48,091 nt of DNA. It comes from Candidatus Deferrimicrobiaceae bacterium (GTDB lineage Bacteria; Desulfobacterota; Deferrimicrobia; Deferrimicrobiales; Deferrimicrobiaceae). A model generated the notes under the pieces. It saw only the letters and a list, made by a program, of their open reading frames with translations, was not told the DNA's origin and did no database searches. Shown here in pieces: positions 42,996 through 48,091 of the stretch. The position numbers and the translations under genes were made by a program. The stretch is from contig JBAULH010000008.1 of NCBI GenBank assembly GCA_049578085.1, positions 1 through 48,091 of the forward strand, in the 5' to 3' direction. The first letter of the stretch is position 1; every line of letters begins with the position of its first letter.

Positions 42996-43518
42996 CAGGC
43001 TTCTCCTTGTTCACCAGTTCCAGAACCTTGGCGGTGATGTCCAGCGAGGGGTCGAAGTGTACGACCCCGCTGCTTCTCTCGAGCAGGAGGTCGATCTTCT
43101 CTTCCTTCACGATCTTGTCCACCTGCCCCTCGACGATCTTGAGGACATCGCGGGTAAGGTCCCTCTGGCGGCTCTGCATCTCGGTCTCCGATTCCTGGGA
43201 GACCTTGCGTAGTTCCGCGACCTTCCCGCTGAGCGCTTCCTCTTTGGCTTTCAGCTTCTCCTTGCTCAGAAGGATCTTCTGCTTGTCGAGTTCCTCCTTC
43301 ATCTTTTTCGCTTCCTCGTTCAACGTATCGATCCTTTTCTTCAGCTCCTCGTACCGGTCCTCCATCTTCTTTCTCGCGACCTTTCCGGCTTCGGACTCGT
43401 TCAGGACCTTGTTGACGTCGATCACGGCCACCTTGAGTCCCTGCGCAAATGCCGGCCCCGCGGCCAGAATGGCCACCGCAGCCACCGCCGCGAAGATTCG
43501 AATCCACTTCTTGTGCAT
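42985..43518 (-). CDS. skp: OmpH/Skp periplasmic chaperone
   Basis: 177 aa with a signal peptide ([16 protein letters not shown]), then a Lys/Glu-rich coiled coil ([14 protein letters not shown]...). Confidence 0.88.
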   Translation of the reverse strand: MHKKWIRIFAAVAAVAILAAGPAFAQGLKVAVIDVNKVLNESEAGKVARKKMEDRYEELKKRIDTLNEEAKKMKEELDKQKILLSKEKLKAKEEALSGKVAELRKVSQESETEMQSRQRDLTRDVLKIVEGQVDKIVKEEKIDLLLERSSGVVHFDPSLDITAKVLELVNKEKPGGK

Positions 43519-43533
43519 CGCCGTACCTCCTGG

Positions 43534-45807
43534 TTAAAATGCCGTTCCGATCGTGAACTCCACCACGCGCTTATCTTCGCCGGGACCGGGGTTCAGGTTC
43601 CACCCCCATTCGATCCGCAGGGGCCCCATCGGGGAATACCAGCGAAAGCCGATCCCTGCCGCATACTTTAGCCCCTCACTGTCCCACGGCCAATCCCCCT
43701 GTCGCCAGGTATTTCCCGTGTCGAAAAACAGGACCCCCTTGAACCCGAGCTCGCCGACGAGGGGGAAAATGTATTCCACGTTCGCCACCAGTTCCTTGGT
43801 TCCGCCGATCCGCTCGCCGGTGTTCGGATCCTTCGGGGAGAGGTCCCGGGATTTGAAGCTCCGGATGCTGTAGGGGCCCCCCAGGAAAAAGCGTTCGAAG
43901 AGCGGGACCCGCCCCCCCACCGTACTGATCACGTGCCCCCACAAAATGTTCCCGGAAATAACGGTCGATTGCGTGACGGGAAAATACGCCTTCGTGTTCA
44001 GAAAGTATTTCACGAAGTCCGAGCCGCCCCCCAGGGGGCCACCGGCGTATTCCACCGTTGCGGATTGCACGGTTCCCCGCGACGGGTCGATGTACCTGTC
44101 CGTGGTGTTCCGCCCCAGGTGGAGCGTGACGCTCCGGGTCTGCTGCGTCCCCTTGCTGAACTCTTCCTTCAGGATCGGAGAGATGGCTTCCCCGGCGTCG
44201 ATGATCTCCACGCTGTCGAGCCGGAAGGACAGGCTGGCGGATGTGTTCCGGGTGAACGAATACCCGATGCCGGCCCTCCCGCCGGTGGACTTTATCTCGA
44301 AATCGGTGTATTGCGTCCGCGTGTTGTAGGCGTTCAGCAGCAGGCTGAAGTCGGAATCGAAAAAGTAGGGATCCCGGAAGTCCAGGCTGAACACCGTCCT
44401 CCGGGCCCCGAACTGGGAGCTGAGGGAGGTCTTCCAGCCTTTTCCGAAGAGGTTGTTCTCGGTCACCTGGACCACGCCGAAGATCTTGTCCACAGTGCTG
44501 AATCCCATTCCGCCCGACAGGGTCCCGGTCGGACCCTCCTGCACCTCGACCTTGACGTCCATTTCCTGAGGCACCGCCGAGGGCGAGGTGCTGATCTTGA
44601 CGTCCTTGAAATAGCTGAGGCGGGTGAGGTTTTCCTTGCTTCGTTTGAGCCCGGTGGCGGTGTATGTCTTGCCGTCGGCCACGTCGAGGTTGCGCCGGAT
44701 CACGCGGTCGAGCGTCTTGGTGTTTCCGGCCACCTCCACCTTCCCGAACCGGAACTTGTCCCCCTTTTCCATTTTGTACGCCACGTCGGCGAGGGGATAT
44801 TCCTTCTGCTTCTCCACGAGGGGTGAGACGATCGCAAGGGCGTATCCCTTGTCGTTCATGGCCGTGGTCAGGGAGAGGACGTCCGAGAGAAGGGTTTCGC
44901 GGCTGAACACATCGCCTCGCTTGAGCTTCACGGCCTTTCGTTGCTCCCTTTCGGACAGGTCGGATTCCCCGGAGAAGTGGATCTCCCCCACGCGGTACTG
45001 CCGCCCCTCGAACACGTGGATCGTCACCAGCAGTCCCTTGGGCTCCCTTCCGATCTCGGGATCGGAGACCTTGGAATCCAGGAACCCGTTGTTCTGGTAC
45101 AGCGCCTCGATCCGCCGGACATCGTTCTCGAGAACGTCTTTCTTGAAGGTCCCCGAGTCGGTGATGAACGAGAAGATGCCTTTCGTGCGTGTTTCCATCG
45201 TTTTCCGGATTTTCTTCTCCCCCAGAAACCGGTTCCCGGTGATGCGGATCTTCTCGATCATGAGTTTTTCGCCTTCCGACACGCGGAAGGAGACCCGGAT
45301 GGAGCCGTCCGCCTCCTCCTGTTCGGAGGGTTCGACGGTCGCGTCGTAATATCCCCTGTTCTGGTAGACTTCCCGCAATTTACGCGCCGACTCTTTAACT
45401 TTTTCCTCCTGGAAGAGGGTGCGCTCCTTGATGGTGAGAGCCGCCTTGAGGTCGGGATCCTCCACTTCCTTGTTCCCTTCGATGACGATCGAGGAGACGA
45501 TCGGCTTCTCGATGACGAGCACGGTCAGACGAAGACCGCCGGGTTCCTCCTCCGCGTCGATTTTCACGTCGGAGAAATACCCCATGCGATAAACCGCCTT
45601 CACGTCCGCCCGGACCTTCGCGGAATCGAACTCCTCGCCCACGCGGGATTCCATGACACGGAGAATCGCGTCGGACCCGACCCGGGTCGCCCCTTCCACC
45701 CGGATTTCCAAAATGGGAAAGTCGGCTGCCCCGGCGCGCGGGAGAACGACCGCCGAGATCGCGAGGAGGGCCGCGACAGCCAACCCCGTCACCCGCAGGG
45801 CGGTCAT
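43534..45807 (-). CDS. bamA: outer membrane protein assembly factor BamA
   Basis: 757 aa with a signal peptide, five POTRA-like repeats (IEIRVEGATRV..., IRITGNRF...) and a C-terminal beta-barrel ending ...VVEFTIGTAF. Confidence 0.93.
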   Translation of the reverse strand: MTALRVTGLAVAALLAISAVVLPRAGAADFPILEIRVEGATRVGSDAILRVMESRVGEEFDSAKVRADVKAVYRMGYFSDVKIDAEEEPGGLRLTVLVIEKPIVSSIVIEGNKEVEDPDLKAALTIKERTLFQEEKVKESARKLREVYQNRGYYDATVEPSEQEEADGSIRVSFRVSEGEKLMIEKIRITGNRFLGEKKIRKTMETRTKGIFSFITDSGTFKKDVLENDVRRIEALYQNNGFLDSKVSDPEIGREPKGLLVTIHVFEGRQYRVGEIHFSGESDLSEREQRKAVKLKRGDVFSRETLLSDVLSLTTAMNDKGYALAIVSPLVEKQKEYPLADVAYKMEKGDKFRFGKVEVAGNTKTLDRVIRRNLDVADGKTYTATGLKRSKENLTRLSYFKDVKISTSPSAVPQEMDVKVEVQEGPTGTLSGGMGFSTVDKIFGVVQVTENNLFGKGWKTSLSSQFGARRTVFSLDFRDPYFFDSDFSLLLNAYNTRTQYTDFEIKSTGGRAGIGYSFTRNTSASLSFRLDSVEIIDAGEAISPILKEEFSKGTQQTRSVTLHLGRNTTDRYIDPSRGTVQSATVEYAGGPLGGGSDFVKYFLNTKAYFPVTQSTVISGNILWGHVISTVGGRVPLFERFFLGGPYSIRSFKSRDLSPKDPNTGERIGGTKELVANVEYIFPLVGELGFKGVLFFDTGNTWRQGDWPWDSEGLKYAAGIGFRWYSPMGPLRIEWGWNLNPGPGEDKRVVEFTIGTAF

Positions 45808-46484
45808 CGCACGATCACCCCGTCGTCGATCTTCAGGACCCGGTGCATTTTCCTGGCCAGCTCTTCGTTGTGGGTGACGACCACCAGGGAAAGCCCCTTG
45901 CTCCGGTTCAACTCCCCGAGAAGTTCGGCAACACCTCCTGCGGTTTCCTTGTCCAGGTTTCCGGTGGGTTCGTCTGCCAGGAGGATTTCCGGCCCCATCG
46001 CCAACGCCCGGCAGATGGCCACCCTCTGCAATTCCCCGCCGGATAGTTCCCCTATGCGATGGGTTGCCCGGTCGGAAAGCCCGACCTCCGAGAGGAGATC
46101 CTCCGCCCGTTTCCCCGCCTCTTCCCGGGCCATCCCGGCGATCAGGCAGGGAAGCATCACGTTCTCCCGCGCATCGAACTCGGGCAGCAGATGATGGAAC
46201 TGGAAAACGAAACCCACGGTCCGGTTCCGGAATTCGGCGAGCGTCTCCTCGGGCATGGAGGTCACGTCCCGCCCGTCGTAGAGGACACTCCCCGAGGTCG
46301 CCCGGTCGAGGGTTCCCACGATCTGGAGAAGGGTCGTCTTGCCGACCCCCGATACCCCGACCACGCCCAGCATCTCTCCCCGATCCAGCGTGAAGGAGAT
46401 CCCCTTGAGGACCTCGATCGCACCGCCCCGTTTCGGGAACTCCTTGCGAAGGTTCTCGACGCGCAGGAACCCGGTGCTATTCAT
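45804..46484 (-). CDS. lolD: lipoprotein-releasing system ATP-binding protein
   Basis: 226 aa with GVSGVGKTT, LSGGELQRVAICRAL and LLADEPTGNLD. Its stop overlaps the bamA ATG as ATGA. Confidence 0.88.
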   Translation of the reverse strand: MNSTGFLRVENLRKEFPKRGGAIEVLKGISFTLDRGEMLGVVGVSGVGKTTLLQIVGTLDRATSGSVLYDGRDVTSMPEETLAEFRNRTVGFVFQFHHLLPEFDARENVMLPCLIAGMAREEAGKRAEDLLSEVGLSDRATHRIGELSGGELQRVAICRALAMGPEILLADEPTGNLDKETAGGVAELLGELNRSKGLSLVVVTHNEELARKMHRVLKIDDGVIVR

Positions 46485-47712
46485 ATCGGATCGCCTCCGC
46501 GGGATCGATGAGGGAGGCCTGCCGCGAGGGGTACAGGGTGGCGAGAAAACAGATCAGGATCGAGCTTGCTCCGACGAGGATCAGGATCTCCGGGGAAAGG
46601 TCCACCGGCAGGGTGGAGATGTAGTACACGTCGCTCGGCAGCCGGATGAACTCGTACCGGCGAAGGAGATAGCACAGAAGCGTCCCCAGGATCGATCCCG
46701 CGACGGTTCCCGCCAGCCCGATCAGGAGCCCCTCGAGCGCGAAGATCTTGCGGACCATCTTGCGTGTGGCGCCCAGGGTCATGAGAACGGCGATGTCCCT
46801 GGTCTTGTCCATGACGACCATGATGAGCGTGCTGATGATGTTGAAGGCGGCGACCATCACGATCAGGACGAGGATGATGAACATGACCACCTTCTCCAGC
46901 TTCAGCGCCGAGAACAGGTTCCGGTTGCTCTGCATCCAGTCCTTCGCCCAGTAGGGATAGCCGAGCTCCTCCCGGATGCGGGTCGCGATCCGTCCCGCCT
47001 GGTAGATGTCGCCGACCTTCACTTCGACCCCGGTGCCCCGCCCTTCCATCCCCATGAGCCGGCCCGCCTCTTCCAGGGATACGTAGGTGAAGGAGGAGTC
47101 GTACTCGTACATCCCCGATTCCGAAAGGCCCGCCACCTGGAATCGCGCAATGCCCGGGAACGCCCCCATCGGGGTGATGTTTCCCCCGGGGACCAGGATC
47201 TCCACGATGTCCCCCGGCGAAACGCCCAGGTTGGCGGCAAGCTCCTTCCCGAGAATGATCCCCGGCAGGCCCGAAGCCGTTTTCTTCGCGAGATCCTCAA
47301 GCCTCCCCTTCCGTATGTCCCGGGGTAGCCGCGTCACCTTCCCGATGGTGGGAATGTCCACGCCCCGCAGGATTGCCCCCGTAGACGCGGTGCCCGAGGA
47401 GATCATCACCTGGGAGAACAGGTACGGGCTCGCCGCGATGACTCCGTCCATCGCGTCGACCCGCCGGGCGAGAGCGTAGGGGTCGGCGACGCTTCCCTCC
47501 AGGCTGGTCACGTGCACGTGCGCGGTGGCTCCGAGTATCCGGTCCTGCACCTCTCTCTCGAAACCGTTCATCACGGCGAGGACGATGATCAGGGCCATCA
47601 CCCCGACCGCCACGCCCGAAATCGAGATCGCGGTGATGATGGAGATGAACGTCTGCTTCCGCTTGGCCAGGAGGTATTTCAGGCCGATGAAGTATTCGAC
47701 CGGGAGGGCCAC
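46477..47712 (-). CDS. lolC: lipoprotein-releasing system permease (LolC/LolE family)
   Basis: 411 aa with a GTG start. It has a MacB-like periplasmic domain plus an FtsX-type C-terminus (FNIISTLIMVVMDKTRDIAVLMTLGA). Confidence 0.88.
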   Translation of the reverse strand: MALPVEYFIGLKYLLAKRKQTFISIITAISISGVAVGVMALIIVLAVMNGFEREVQDRILGATAHVHVTSLEGSVADPYALARRVDAMDGVIAASPYLFSQVMISSGTASTGAILRGVDIPTIGKVTRLPRDIRKGRLEDLAKKTASGLPGIILGKELAANLGVSPGDIVEILVPGGNITPMGAFPGIARFQVAGLSESGMYEYDSSFTYVSLEEAGRLMGMEGRGTGVEVKVGDIYQAGRIATRIREELGYPYWAKDWMQSNRNLFSALKLEKVVMFIILVLIVMVAAFNIISTLIMVVMDKTRDIAVLMTLGATRKMVRKIFALEGLLIGLAGTVAGSILGTLLCYLLRRYEFIRLPSDVYYISTLPVDLSPEILILVGASSILICFLATLYPSRQASLIDPAEAIRYE

Positions 47713-47718
47713 CCTGCG

Positions 47719-48091
<373 letters not shown>

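Overview
This is a visibly GC-rich bacterial chromosomal window (about 60-65% by eye, not computed). Roughly 90% of the coding sequence is on the minus strand, and genes are packed tightly with many 4-nt start/stop overlaps. From memory only, with no search run, the gene order resembles Geobacter/Desulfuromonadota-type genomes.

Layout:
- 1-4090: the 5' part of a Wza-type polysaccharide-export lipoprotein (missed by the ORF track), a sigma-54 response regulator, a sensor-less REC-HisKA-HATPase kinase, and tRNA(CAT) behind a consensus sigma-70 promoter.
- 4091-16750: one long minus-strand gene array, in transcription order livG, acyl-CoA synthetase, livH, livM, binding protein, livF, PaaK-like ligase, DUF169, M24 peptidase, isochorismatase-like hydrolase, FG-GAP protein. 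A 17-nt inverted-repeat element interrupts it in two intercistronic gaps.
- 17-23 kb: a looser stretch holding a DUF4124 protein, an RluA-family pseudouridine synthase, a candidate orphan sRNA locus, a cyclophilin gene whose 5' end was severed by an intact IS1595-family element (8-bp target duplication), two paralogous Fn3-like secreted proteins, a secreted hypothetical protein and a CinA-like protein.
- 23-48 kb: housekeeping genes purMN, DUF218, rpmB and ridA-rel-rpoZ-gmk-yicC, followed by a very compact envelope supercluster. In transcription order it runs lysS, lolC, lolD, bamA, skp, lpxD, fabZ, lpxA, Gfo/Idh/MocA oxidoreductase, lpxB, msbA, waaA, lpxK, LpxL-like acyltransferase, gmhB, DUF3108, ycaR-like, rfaE1 and DUF4416.

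I found no rRNA, no CRISPR array and no recognisable defence or toxin system. The most interesting items are the repeat element, the IS insertion, the uptake/activation operon with an atypical PaaK-like enzyme, the orphan promoter-terminator pair and several small or non-ATG-start ORFs that the ORF track misses. Very long GC-driven shadow ORFs (up to 1517 aa) are rejected. All family calls rest on motifs read by eye and recalled family signatures; no database search was run.
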